A stretch of 64,000 nt of DNA from a virus. Shown piece after piece: positions 27,301 to 38,300 of the stretch. How positions within the stretch are numbered: position 1 is the first letter of the stretch; each line of letters starts with the position of its first letter. The position numbers and the translations under genes are program-made. The notes below the pieces were generated by a model. That model worked only from the letters and a program-made list of their open reading frames with translations, ran no database searches and was not told the DNA's origin. Location of the stretch: positions 10,292-74,291 of IMG/VR virus record IMGVR_UViG_3300035698_004199; one strand, written 5' to 3'.

Positions 27301-29324
27301 AAGCCAGTGCAAAAACTCTCGCTAAGCTGCAAGCAGATGTGAATGCAGGAAAGGCTGACTTGGTTAATCTGCAAGAACAGTTGCGTAGAGAGCAGGCTAC
27401 TTTATCTACTAGGCAGGAAACCGGAGATGCCGGGGCCCTCTACAAACTAATTCGTATTGTTGGGGAACGTTTTTTTGTGGATCCTAAAATGAGTTCCACA
27501 TACAAGGATTTGAATTCTACGTCCTCTTTGTTAGAGATACTAGGCGATAAAAAAGCGATCATGACTAATGGGAGTCTTCCTGGTTCTTATAGATATTACT
27601 CTGCTTCTCATCCTAATAAAGAACAACAAGGGCAGCCTGTTTTGAAAATCACAAAGACTCGCAGCCAGCGAACCCGTGATAAGATCCCACCACTACTAGA
27701 TCCGCAAACTACATCTAAAGTGCTGACATATTCTGAGATTCAGAATACTTCAACTAAGTCAGGTGGGAAGCCGCCTCAATCTGAACTGGTTAAAAAGAGG
27801 CCTATATGGGGCATGAAGATTTTAACAGCAAGAGAACCTAAGGGGGAGATTGTTCCCACAAGCGATATTAGGCAAATGTCTTTTTCTGTGTGTCAAATTA
27901 CAATGACTCGGGGTAGGTCCTCCTCAATAAAGGGTTCCCATTCCAAGAGTGGTATTGGTTTACAGAGTGCTTTGTTCAAGACTCTAAAGAAGAAAGTCCA
28001 GAATGCTGGGCTTACAGACGTACCTGCAACCTTCCTTAAATCAGTGACGGACACACTAAACACCAATATTACAACTGCGGTGGCTGCAGCTGCTGAAGTG
28101 TTACAAACAAACTACCCCTTTGGATCTGTCACACCCCCAACGGCAATAGCTTTGAAGGGCGGTTCCTGGGATGCTACTAAACCGCTATCTGGCTATAAGT
28201 TAGCAGACAACACAAATGCTACAGTAGTACTGTTTCAGGGTTCCGACACTGTTAATTCAAGGACTGTTTGGCAACAGGCCATGCGAGATGCCAGTAAACA
28301 GATTGCGTCCTCTGTAGGTGCTTTACAGACCGCTTGGGTAGGCAGCCTTCCACCGGGAGACTCTGGTAAAGCCTTAAATGTTTTTTTGAAAACATTTAAT
28401 AGCTTACAAGGTGTCTCTGATAAAGCCACTTCGAAAACTGTAAGAGGGGAACAAGCCGGTAAAACAGAGTTCATCTATCCTCCAGTCCTGCCTGTATCAG
28501 ATGCTCTGGGGTATGAAGTTGTGGGTTCTTATGCTTATGGCAGAGGTATTTCAATAGATAGTGATGGTGTCTTTGATGTTTTGCACAAGCTAGACCCTTT
28601 GAGCATGCTTACTCGAAAAGAAGTTGAGGAGATTGTTGATGTGTTGGTTGGTGGGAAGGGTTTGTGGGTTGACTTACCTGTAGCGGACGGCCCTAAGTCC
28701 TCAAATGGTGTGGCTTCTACAGTGCGTGTGCAGTTAGACAATACAGCAGCTAAAACGTATCTTGAAGGAAACCTACTCAAAACACTAAGAGGCCAAGCAA
28801 CAGACTCACAACTTATAGATTTAGGCTGGGCTAAAAAAGATGGTGACATACTGTCTTTGAATCTGCAAAATATTTGGGTGGACAAGAAAACTGATGGTAT
28901 TCAAAAAATCCCCATTAACAACGCAGGATACTCAATAGCTGATATCAGTGCAGGTTTGAGCACTCAAATATGTACTTGTAAAGCAGCCGAAGCTGATGTT
29001 ACTTTAGAGTTAGCGGGGCAGCTTGAATACGTAAATGTTTCAGGAACACCCTATTCAAGTGGTGGGACCCTTCCAGCAGCATTAGGAGAGCCGGGCACGG
29101 ATGAGATCACAGACCTTTTAATGAACAGGTCAATGTCAACATCCCTAAATTGGCAGATGTCTCAAGAGGCTTTGAGAGGGACAGCCCCAGACAGTGACAG
29201 CACCTCCTTGATAACTGCAATAACGGGGACCGCACAGGCTTTTGATAATTGGAAAAAACAACTTGAATCTGGAAAAAAGACTATTTCAACTCAGGCTAAA
29301 AAACTGAAGAACCCTTTGTGGTAA
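24381..29324 (+). CDS. Baseplate hub protein (gp27/VgrG-like) with inserted peptidase M15 domain
   Basis: Hub motifs (FHGVVTAV...LSCSS; FEFYQDVDGDFVFKPPMY; TVTIPERPEIRPGYPVYI...YCNSFAHSH). M15 motif TSSYRT...SKHLQGKAID...GIGFY...IHYD at about 24940-25225. Confidence 0.8.
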   Translation: MGLTQRPYIGTWSMGQRKVLQQTPDALVYINGDISIPGCARCNSRINIQNFVTSVSVDAGTTATSASASISLSVPVHHLDSFVRDAQFILHPGLEIHIYQRGYFAVKGLYDNLPVSTTKEATQETSFATVTSQKAPPSSNSEYTPEKLFGRHYTNASPDIQANMKTLIPNIQTMDQYFQSVYGGGAHVVVTSSYRTPETNETTGGADKSKHLQGKAIDFNVEFENGSALRREEVWAGLQKLRAESYIQKGGIGFYGPQQDGVLVGEQIYRDGTSTDNIHYDNADGGDRDWLWFTSDREGVPAQRTSPNSTNAPILQKTLDRVNAEDMPSSVLSYNQQTGTQEVYAEVTTTDGVVQAQVGSNILTEMGLTDMDLENMLAYPYYQTFHGVVTAVATTWSAGNQNITLSCSSILHFWQYHKMSTNAALYGVKPTNSKVKSSAVGHNFTGMHPYEIMYALHTDTAGAAGGIAWHLSQKTNQQARYQGQDLWGINLKYWERRFGQREIKLRLHGATGEIFNAAQAAFLSRLSGNELTTLLRHRFNTPENKRRAVSILSQARLLGLTGEKKDVFAGVGALTSGLSRPDANNEINLAEMQAFVTNIAQWGQYQLFESTYASKLDIAEQVCQVTGFEFYQDVDGDFVFKPPMYNLDTSGSRVYRIEDIDIISINFDEKEPLYTYCTVKGSQIKNTQGTGLESEWGVQGQYIDYRLVAQYGWRPLDFSCAYFNDPKSMFFAAINRLDIMNAPVKTATVTIPERPEIRPGYPVYIPYLDCFYYCNSFAHSHQVGGQCTTVLQLIAKRAKFFAPGDPNKVNEGVGAINLAYTALPATPLQVQDLDGRSRLSGFPNVVMALDPNLISPSFFLIGADVESMDTEESWRGLFQMAVDMKVLTKHEEEPGKYTMSQDATSDVVFWFPEDARSAAPAGAKDVNKLMAEYSEQQTDYEEGLKKTQAKINKAATKIFSNAAQLNAIKGSKAEASAKTLAKLQADVNAGKADLVNLQEQLRREQATLSTRQETGDAGALYKLIRIVGERFFVDPKMSSTYKDLNSTSSLLEILGDKKAIMTNGSLPGSYRYYSASHPNKEQQGQPVLKITKTRSQRTRDKIPPLLDPQTTSKVLTYSEIQNTSTKSGGKPPQSELVKKRPIWGMKILTAREPKGEIVPTSDIRQMSFSVCQITMTRGRSSSIKGSHSKSGIGLQSALFKTLKKKVQNAGLTDVPATFLKSVTDTLNTNITTAVAAAAEVLQTNYPFGSVTPPTAIALKGGSWDATKPLSGYKLADNTNATVVLFQGSDTVNSRTVWQQAMRDASKQIASSVGALQTAWVGSLPPGDSGKALNVFLKTFNSLQGVSDKATSKTVRGEQAGKTEFIYPPVLPVSDALGYEVVGSYAYGRGISIDSDGVFDVLHKLDPLSMLTRKEVEEIVDVLVGGKGLWVDLPVADGPKSSNGVASTVRVQLDNTAAKTYLEGNLLKTLRGQATDSQLIDLGWAKKDGDILSLNLQNIWVDKKTDGIQKIPINNAGYSIADISAGLSTQICTCKAAEADVTLELAGQLEYVNVSGTPYSSGGTLPAALGEPGTDEITDLLMNRSMSTSLNWQMSQEALRGTAPDSDSTSLITAITGTAQAFDNWKKQLESGKKTISTQAKKLKNPLW

Positions 29325-29332
29325 GGTGAAAT

Positions 29333-31744
29333 ATGAACGCAAGAAGACCAGGAGGCACACCCATTGTTACCCGGGGCATGTTAATGTCCTCGACCTTAAA
29401 AGCCAAAAAAACAGGTGAACGTCTCAATATAGACGCAGGTACAACTCTGGGCATAGCAAAAGTTCTCAATGTAGACTATGAAGGACACTTAGTTACACTT
29501 CAAACAGTAATGGGTGCACAACGCTATAACAGAGTGCCTGTTCCTATGACATTCCCAGGGGCCGGTGCACGTTATTTTTTAGGTGCTATGCCTCAAATTG
29601 GAGATATTTGTGTTATCGGCTGGATGGCACAGGATGTTAGCCCCACTGATCCAAATGGCGGTGCGAAGACACCCATTATTTTATCGTGGCTTCTTCCAGG
29701 GGTTTGGCCGGGAAGAGAATGGCTTACAACTTCTGAAACAGAAGAGTCTGAGTATGACCCTACACCAGGAGATCAAAAGTTTTTTGAGGGCGACTTTGAA
29801 AAGATTCGACATAAACTAAGGCATATCCAACCCGGGAACATTGTAGCATCATCTGCACAAGGATCTGATCTAGTACTTGATGAGGGGGTTACCTTAGCTA
29901 ACCGTAGGGGCAATGAGTTTCGCTTAAGGGATCAGGACCAAGCGGCCCTACTTCGCTCACTACAGTTTTTCCAAGCTCTTGCAGGGGTTCGTGGCTACTC
30001 AGGCATGGTACAACGAGATGCTACCTTCCTGCCAACCACAATGGTTTCAGATGGCCTAAAGTGGGATAGCGGCTGGCAAGCACTTCAGGGCGTACCTTTT
30101 CCAGAAAGCCTGCAGTTCGAAGACCCAAAAGCCCCAGACGGCTATTTAACACCCAACGCTAACCTAGCCAAAGATATTACAAGTGACGGTAGTGGTAGAA
30201 GCTTTCTAGCAGAAGACGCATACTTAGATCCCTACAAGTTTCTTCAGTATGGCGGCTTCCTGACAGATGAAGGCTTTGTGGTTGATGAGAAACATCAATC
30301 GGATGCTGTTTATGGCGGCAAGAACCTTTACAGGATAGCTTCTCAGTCTACTGACAATGCTGTTATAGATTCAAACGCAAAGACCCTCACAGAAATACGC
30401 TGGGAAGTGAGCCATACTTCAGATGGGTGCTTGCCAGTAACAGAACAAACAGATATGCTGGATGCGGATAGAATACCAGAAGCGGATCCCAACACAGCCA
30501 CGGGCGTGCTGCCTCCTAACATGCCCTTTATAGAATGGGTGTTAGGCAGCGTAGTGGGAAACAATCCTTTTACAGCTGCGGGTAGACAACAGTATGCACT
30601 TCCTCTAAAAGCTGTTATCTTTGACGGTGACGTGCCTAACCCCCGAATGGAGTCAGTCCAAGTATCTTATTTAGGATCTGGAGTATCTCCTACACCTCTT
30701 TACGATCATGCAGCAACTTTATTCAGACTCACCCCCCCAAATGGTGGTGTACCCGGATCTTTTTGGTCACTGAACAAACAAGGACAGATGCGGGCTTTCT
30801 TGGGCGGCGATGCTAAAGGTAACTCTTTAGAGGCTTATCTAGCGGGTGGTTTGAAATTAGGTGTGGGTGGACGCTTCCAACTTCTTTTAGATGGGCATAT
30901 AGAATTAGGGACTACAAGTAAAGCCAGTATGGATTTGACTTCTGCGGAAGGCTGTGTGAAAATTTATGGCGGCGGTCCTGCACAAGATCACGAAGCACAG
31001 GTATCTGCAACTCTTGGGACAGGGCGTGGCTCCGGGGACTTGCCTGCTGTAGACATAGGGGCCAAAACAAACATTCGTATCAAGGCTGAGAAGCAAGTCC
31101 TGGTTAAAGGCAGCGAGGTTGAACTTAATGCAACTTCCGTGCATCTATTAGGACATGAGGAGTTGACATTAGATGGCGTTAAGAAAACAGCTATCACCAC
31201 AGAGAAGTATCAGTTAGCAGTAAACGGGCAGGCCCAAGAGTCTTATAGTGGCCCTAAGTATTTACTGCCTACAAACTTCCCGTTGCATGAAAGAACATAC
31301 GCTCCTATTATGCCAGGCTTTGTATCTGAAAAGGTTACTTATGTTATGGGCGATAGAGAAGAACAGTTCTGGCTTGGCAATCACAAGACGACAGTGCTAA
31401 TAGGTAACTTGAGCTATGAAACGCTGCTAGGCTTCTGGAAAGCCCGTGCCATGACTTCGCAGATTAGTATGGGTGTCTCAGGCATAGCAGCAACAGCAGC
31501 CATAGGGACAGTAACCTTGACTGCTACAGCGGGGGCTGCAACAATGAGTGGTTTGGCATCAGCCAGTTTGATAGCAACTGGGGGTGTAGCTACTGTTAGA
31601 GGATCCGCAGGCGTTTATCTCGGAGGGCCTATCTTTGGACCTGATATGGGCCCTATCGTTACTTCCGGTTCCCTTGAGCCCCTCACAGGGCTGCCTTTCG
31701 GGACGTGGGCCATTGGAGCTAAAGGACATATAGTAGGAGCTTAG
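29333..31744 (+). CDS. Baseplate central spike (gp5/gpV-like)
   Basis: N-terminal OB-fold-like region (IAKVLNVDYE...GAMPQIGDICVIGW) and C-terminal short beta-strand repeats; follows the hub. Confidence 0.7.
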   Translation: MNARRPGGTPIVTRGMLMSSTLKAKKTGERLNIDAGTTLGIAKVLNVDYEGHLVTLQTVMGAQRYNRVPVPMTFPGAGARYFLGAMPQIGDICVIGWMAQDVSPTDPNGGAKTPIILSWLLPGVWPGREWLTTSETEESEYDPTPGDQKFFEGDFEKIRHKLRHIQPGNIVASSAQGSDLVLDEGVTLANRRGNEFRLRDQDQAALLRSLQFFQALAGVRGYSGMVQRDATFLPTTMVSDGLKWDSGWQALQGVPFPESLQFEDPKAPDGYLTPNANLAKDITSDGSGRSFLAEDAYLDPYKFLQYGGFLTDEGFVVDEKHQSDAVYGGKNLYRIASQSTDNAVIDSNAKTLTEIRWEVSHTSDGCLPVTEQTDMLDADRIPEADPNTATGVLPPNMPFIEWVLGSVVGNNPFTAAGRQQYALPLKAVIFDGDVPNPRMESVQVSYLGSGVSPTPLYDHAATLFRLTPPNGGVPGSFWSLNKQGQMRAFLGGDAKGNSLEAYLAGGLKLGVGGRFQLLLDGHIELGTTSKASMDLTSAEGCVKIYGGGPAQDHEAQVSATLGTGRGSGDLPAVDIGAKTNIRIKAEKQVLVKGSEVELNATSVHLLGHEELTLDGVKKTAITTEKYQLAVNGQAQESYSGPKYLLPTNFPLHERTYAPIMPGFVSEKVTYVMGDREEQFWLGNHKTTVLIGNLSYETLLGFWKARAMTSQISMGVSGIAATAAIGTVTLTATAGAATMSGLASASLIATGGVATVRGSAGVYLGGPIFGPDMGPIVTSGSLEPLTGLPFGTWAIGAKGHIVGA

Positions 31745-31747
31745 TTT

Positions 31748-32356
31748 ATGGCATTAACACCAGCAACTTTATATCAGGCGTTGTCACAGAATCGGATGGC
31801 AGGTACACATCCTTTTTTAGGCGTCACGTTTGATTCTCTTGCTTGGGGTATTGCTAATGGTGTCAGCCAGTGGGGTTTAGCACAACCTAATAACTTAGGG
31901 CTACTTGGTGTGTCCTCCGGCCTGTCAGGGGCGGGGGCAGTTAATCCTGCTACAAGTAAACTAATAGTGCCTCCAGCGGCCTCAGTTTTAATAGCGGCCC
32001 TATCAGGAGCGGGTTTAGTAGGGCCTTTAATGCCGTCTTTAGCGACAACAATTGCTTTGGGGCTCTCACAAGGTTTTAGTTTATCGGGGTGGTACACTGG
32101 TACTTCCGCTGGAGTAGGTATAGGGACAGATATTTCTAAGGTGGTTGTGGCAAACCCGGCTACTTTGATTGGTATGTTAAATATAACTTTAGCAGCATCC
32201 ATGGGAAAGGGGCCCTCGCAGCCCATGTTGTCGGTAGGGTTAGGTAATGGAATTGCAGCATTGCTGCTTTTAGGTACCGGAGTTGCAACAGTGACCGGCT
32301 CTACAACGGCTCCTGTGATTACAACGGTCGGGGTTACAACTTCAATGGTGGTGTGA
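31748..32356 (+). CDS. Gly/Ala/Leu-rich hydrophobic virion protein with three internal repeats
   Basis: RBS AGGAG; only 6 charged (D/K/R) residues in 202 aa; follows the spike. Confidence 0.75.
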   Translation: MALTPATLYQALSQNRMAGTHPFLGVTFDSLAWGIANGVSQWGLAQPNNLGLLGVSSGLSGAGAVNPATSKLIVPPAASVLIAALSGAGLVGPLMPSLATTIALGLSQGFSLSGWYTGTSAGVGIGTDISKVVVANPATLIGMLNITLAASMGKGPSQPMLSVGLGNGIAALLLLGTGVATVTGSTTAPVITTVGVTTSMVV

Positions 32357-35300
32357 ATGGGCTTTGATTTTCCAGGATATGTGCTCCGCAGTATTAATAT
32401 TGCTTCCAGTAATGCAACTGATTCTGGGGAGCCTGATACAGGAGTGGTGAGAGATCCTCGTCCTGTGCCACCCTCTTACACTTTAGATTCAAAAAGTGTA
32501 CCCCCTTTAGGAGCACCTCCTGCTTTCGTTGATCCTTTTGCAGATCAATATAGAGCTGCAGTGTTGGATGCTCCCGGTACAACCCCGCAAGAATATCTTG
32601 TATGGGCACAGAATACAGGAAGCTTAGCTCTGATAGAGGATCCTGATTGGTGGCTTGAATGTGGCACAGGAAAGTTTTCGGAGGGCACACTTACAGTCAT
32701 TGATGCCTTAGCACAACCGGAAGACCCCGCTATTGAGGACGGTGCTGATAGAGTTATTGTATCTGATGATGGCAATAGGTCCCTGGGTAGAATTACACAT
32801 CTTGTAGTTGCTCGGGGGGATGTGGCTTATGATGATGGGGGGTGGGTAAACCAGAACATTCCTTCATTTGGGCGAAAGGGGGGTGAGCCCTATCTTGTGT
32901 TGGATATAGCAATTGAGGACCAGAACCCCGTGTCAGGTGTTGTAGCTTTAACAGATGCACAATTAACATCTTTGGGCGGAGGCCTTTCTCATTTGCGTGG
33001 TGACAGGATTATTACAGTTCGGTATACAATAGCGTCTATAAGATTCTGGTGGACCCGAAATGATCGTTATGAAACACGCTTTGGCTGGAATCAAAGTACC
33101 AGACGATGGGAGCCTTACAAGGGATCTACTGTAAAGAATCTGGGCACTATTTTATTTGACCAGACATACCAGCTAGAGCCTAAGATCCGAAACTTACCTT
33201 GGGGGGCTTACCTGCCAGGAGACTCCCTAGTACCCGATTCTTATTCAATGGTACGTGTGGGAACAACCCCCGGTGCAGGCAGCACTCCATTAGACAACAT
33301 ACAGGTACGTTTGGATTCAGAGATCGCGGACTTTGATTTTTCATCGCACACAACTCTTAATGGGGTGTTAGGCCAAACAACAGGCATCCTCAAGCTGAGC
33401 CCAACTTTTGTAAAACTAAATGCAGGCAGTTCTATATGGTATGCCCCCAAGTCATTTACACAGAAGGCAGATGGGATAGTTGGCGGCATGCGCTTAGCAG
33501 ATGCAAGTCCGCTTTACATAGCACCTATTCCGGGGCCTACAGACAGGCCAATTATTCAATTTGGAAACAGAGCGCCCTTGACAGTAATCCTTATGGATAC
33601 CGATGCCTTAGTAACTTTAGCAGCCCCTGCCTCAGGAACAGTTTTGGTTTCTTTGTCCACAGGCCGTCTACGTTTCTGCCCTACAGATTTAGATGTGGCA
33701 GTTCCCACGTCAACACTTTTCAGTAAACATTATTTAGGTGAACAGGTGTTCTATAATGGGGTGTCTTTGAATCAAGAGCCCCAGCCAACAAAACTACCTG
33801 CATACTTATTGAATAGTATGGGTGGTCAAGGCACTGCTTCCATAGATACTATTCTTTATATCCCAGATGCTGTGGGTTTGCCACTAGATCTTGCTCAAGA
33901 CAGAAAAGGTCTGGGCATATCAGGCATTATAGACGCCCCTGATGGCACCGGAGCCTTACCGGCACGGGAAGGTGTGGATGCGTGTATAAGGCCCGGAGGG
34001 GATACTGTAGGGGCTTTGGCAACGGGACGTGTAAGGCAGATCCCTGATGATGTGGGGGACACCATCTTATTCTCACGTGCGGGTGCCATAGAGACAATTC
34101 AAGAAGTAGACTTAGCTAGTGACATTGCTACTGTTATAGGAAAACGTAAGAGCCCTGCAAAGGGTACTGCCATAGTGGCCAGAGAAAAAAGTACTTATGG
34201 TTCGGCTGTGCTTCTAAGTAAAAAAGACAGGCAACAGATTGGGGATGAGTCTGTTTATTTCGTACAGGCAACACTAACCCCAGCGGTCTATACAGAAGAA
34301 GCAAAAATCTATTCACGGAACAGAGATATTTTCCGTTTTGATGGTACTGAAACCATTTACTTTGCGATTGATGGGGATGCGTTTACATGGAACCCTGCAG
34401 CACTTTTGATAGCACTCCCAAGCCAGGATTATTACACTGCTGAAGAGGTTGCACTATCTATTCAAAACGATACAACACCACCACTACCAGCAAGCTCTTG
34501 TGTAGCTCAAAGTGGCAGGATTGTTTTGATAGGTGCTGCTGATGTTGAAATAGGTTTTGGTACAAACCAGATGAAGGATTTATCTGGTTGTGCGGTTTTG
34601 GGATTTCTTCCAGGTTGGCAGGCCCATGTAGGATCTGGTAACTGGCTTCCCGATTCGGGGGCTGCTGTAGGTTTGTATAGAAGCCCCTTAAATGTGAATA
34701 GGGAAAACAGCACTCCAGATTATGCAGCAACAGCAAGAATAGAGGATCTGTTGTTGGATAGTGACATTCAAGCTAACCCCTATTATTTCCTAAGTCAAAA
34801 GCCTTTGCAAGATATTGCTGGGTTTGATGAGAACATCTTTTTTGCATTGCAGGCTATCGTGACGGATGGGGATACTACAACCATCATTAATAGGCCCTTG
34901 CAGCACTTTGAAGATATTGTACATCGGTTTGGGCAAGGTAAGTTTGATTGGATTGCGGGACAAGCAGTTGCAGAAGCACTAGACAAGACAACTACAACAT
35001 TGAACTTCGGCGTGCCGAGTTTAGTAGAGGAGTCTTTTCTGGGTGTTTCAAGTATTGCTGCGGGTCTCTATATATCATCAGATGGTGGTGCTTTTAGTTT
35101 CCAAGATCCGGATAGTGATTTTATAATGCCCAACTCAGGGCTTTCAGGTACCGCTACTTTAATAGAAAGATTTGGACAACTGCTTGGGTCCGGTGCCCAG
35201 GGGTTTGTCGCAGAAGGTCTTAACACCCTACTAGATGCCACTGCTCATTTTCAGTCAGGTGCTCATTTTCAACAAACGCTGAAAGAGGGCTGTAGGGTGA

Positions 35301-38300
35301 AAATCCTCTCAGGAGACAATGCTGGATCTTACCTGGTGACTGCTATTCTATCTGAGACTACATTAACAGTGGACATCCCGTTCCAAACCAGTAACTTCTT
35401 ACCCCTTCAGTGGGAGATTTATGAGGGCTACCCGGACAGTGCATATGACCCTGCTTTGATTGCGGACGTTTCTTTTAAGGAGTTCAATCATATTCAAGAT
35501 GAACCCTTTAAGATTCGGATGCTTCAAGATACAGGGATTGTACCAGTATCCGTATCAGCTCAGTCGGCAGATCGTTTGATAGCAGATGTAACTGAAGCAC
35601 AAAACAGACCTGTAGGGCTACGTTTTGGTTTAGTAGCACCCACAGCGGCAGTAACAGCCACTTTGAGTTACTTAACCAAGGTAAAGCTGGGATTGCTTGC
35701 AAACGGGACACTAATTGTACCAGACACCAGTTCTCTGCGTTTTGCAGGCGGCTTCTTCTCTATTCAGATAGGAACACAGAACTTTGTGCCTGTTGGGGTG
35801 ACTTCTTTTAGTTCTAACCCTGTAACTGTCGAATACTTGACACAAGACGACCCTTCAGCGGCTTCTTTCACCCCAAAGGGCAGTTTGAAGTTCAGTTCAA
35901 CGCTTCTCAGCACACAAGCAGCTTCCCAGGTCTATTATGTGGAGGATTTCCTTGATCCTGCATTATTGGCAGCTAACACAGCAGAATACAGAGATAACGG
36001 GCAGATAAACCTATCTTCTGCTGATATAGCTCTGTTTGCAGGGACTAAACTGTATTTTGTGCAGCAAATGGTAACTGAAGGCAAAAAAGACGTTGCGATC
36101 AGCCCTATGCTCGGAGCTTTTTCCTTTAATGGTCCTGTACCCAAGAATTCTGTCATTGAAGCAGAATATTGGCGGGCAGACATGGAAGGCCGCAAAACAG
36201 GTGACATGGTTACAGAGACATTACCTGTATTTATCAGAAGAGAGGTTACAACCCTTGACTCACCCCGTGTTTACAAGTTTAACACTATTGGCTACAATAT
36301 AGACCAAAGAATCATACCTTCTGTTTGGATCGGGGCTACACTTCAAAACTTTGGGTCGGAAGATTGTGTTGTAGACTATCCAGCATCTTGGAATGGGTCT
36401 GGGCGTATTACTTTTCTTAAAACTGTGGATGCTACTGTAGTCCAGGTAAACTATGCGGTGTTTGAAGCACAAGGTGGAGAGCGTGCTTTTGAAGCCAGCC
36501 AGAAGAACATATACCGCCCCCCATTCTTTATCAAAGCTAATCAGAGTCAGTTTGGTCTTCGCGGAGACCGGACTGGTGAGTTCCAGGTAGGACAGATGCT
36601 TCGATTCGGGGAGGACTGCTTTTACATAAAGAGTTTGTTGTATTATCCTGCAACTGCTACCGGAGGGGACATAACTGCTGTAGGTATCTACCCCCCTACA
36701 ATAACAGAAGAGGGCAGTAGGTCCCCAGGTAATGACGTGCTGGCACTTATTACAGATAGGCCTGTCACTCCCATTATTGATCCAGATGGCACTAGTCCGA
36801 TAGCAACAACAGCAGCTACAGGGTTCTTTTCAACTATAGATTTAGACACCTTTCCTTTTGAATCTGTTTCCAGGGGACAGAAAGTTATTGTGTTCCAAGG
36901 GAACCTTCTGTCTTTTGCGGTAGCAGGACATCTATTAGAATTAGGTGGGTGCCCTTATACGATAGCAAGTGCTGAGTTGACCACTGATGGTGCTAAAACA
37001 AAGGTGACAGTTACAGGCGGCTTCCTCAAGGGTTTTGCTGTTGGGGACAACCCAACAGTATTGATGTCCTATAGACCTGTATACCCACCTGAGACACGTG
37101 ACTTTTTGGGTGTAGGCCCAGTATTGGATTCTGAACCTGTAGAGGTTGTGCTTTTCGGTGAGACAGATGTTACAGGCACAGCGTTGCCTGGACGTACCTT
37201 GATCCCTGAAGTAGAGTACAAGCTGGATTATGACTCGGGAGTTGTGCAGTTATTAGCACCTGTTCAAGAGCCTTTTGATGTAGATCAGAAGTTGTTGCTG
37301 TCTTTTACAAGGTTACGCAGTCTGCAGCCTTATATGCAAAATCAAGTGTTAGTGACCCCTCGTTATTGGGCAGACTTTTATTATGCAAAAGCACCTGATG
37401 TTGAAAATGGTATTTTGGGGGGATCCTTAGTTGGCACCTATACATATTATTCCCCGGACTCCTTCTATTTTAGGGCTGTCAAACTAACTCAGTATATGGG
37501 AGAGGTTGCACAGGATGCAATCAAAGAGATTCAGTCTAAGCAAGTTGCTGGTGGTGCATCTCTAATTTCAGCTGGTGGTACAGCAAACTGGGAACAGGGG
37601 CGTATGGGCCTAAGGGCAGTAGGTAAGAATCTTTTAGATATTGATAGGGCGGCAAGGTCTTTCCTTGAGTTCTACAATCAATCTGTGGAATCCTTTGAGC
37701 AGATTCTTGAAACCATTTCAGGCGGCTTTATAGGTGATACAGATGGCAAGTTCCGTTTTTGGATAGGACACGATAGAGAGTATCCAACACCTGGATATGA
37801 TGATGCTATCGCAGGGATTCTACAACACCGTTTAGTGTGGAATGATGTTTTTAATGCCGATTTAGAAGATCCTATTTTCTGTCAAACAGGTGATTGGCTT
37901 GTTAAACCCAAGTCCGCAGATATCACAGATGCTCAAATTTCTGGAGTGTTCATACCAGTTGACCAGCTGGAAACTCTAAAAACACAACAAAGAGGTTTGA
38001 TCTGGAATGATATTGATGACACGGTACTTACTCAAATGGGGAAACCTGTAATTAAGCGGCTGCCCTATGGTCTGTATATAGCACTTAAAGCCAAGGGTGT
38101 TTATAAACAAATGGGTGAAAGCCACGATTTGTCAAGGCTTTTCCCCACTCAATCAGAAGCCTTCTTGCGGCTATACCCCGGAGCGGGGGCTGATATAGAT
38201 ACGGGCACAAACACAGGGACTTATACATATGGTCGGGTGGTTGACAATGCTTGGGCAAAGACTACTAATCAGCAGATAGGTCAGCTCGGCAATCCTGTCT

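Noticed and set aside
35240-35275. Short direct repeat GCTCATTTTCA (AHFQSGAHFQQ) and similar micro-duplications near 14820-14855 and 22590-22612
   Set aside because: Small in-frame slippage duplications with no sign of further function.
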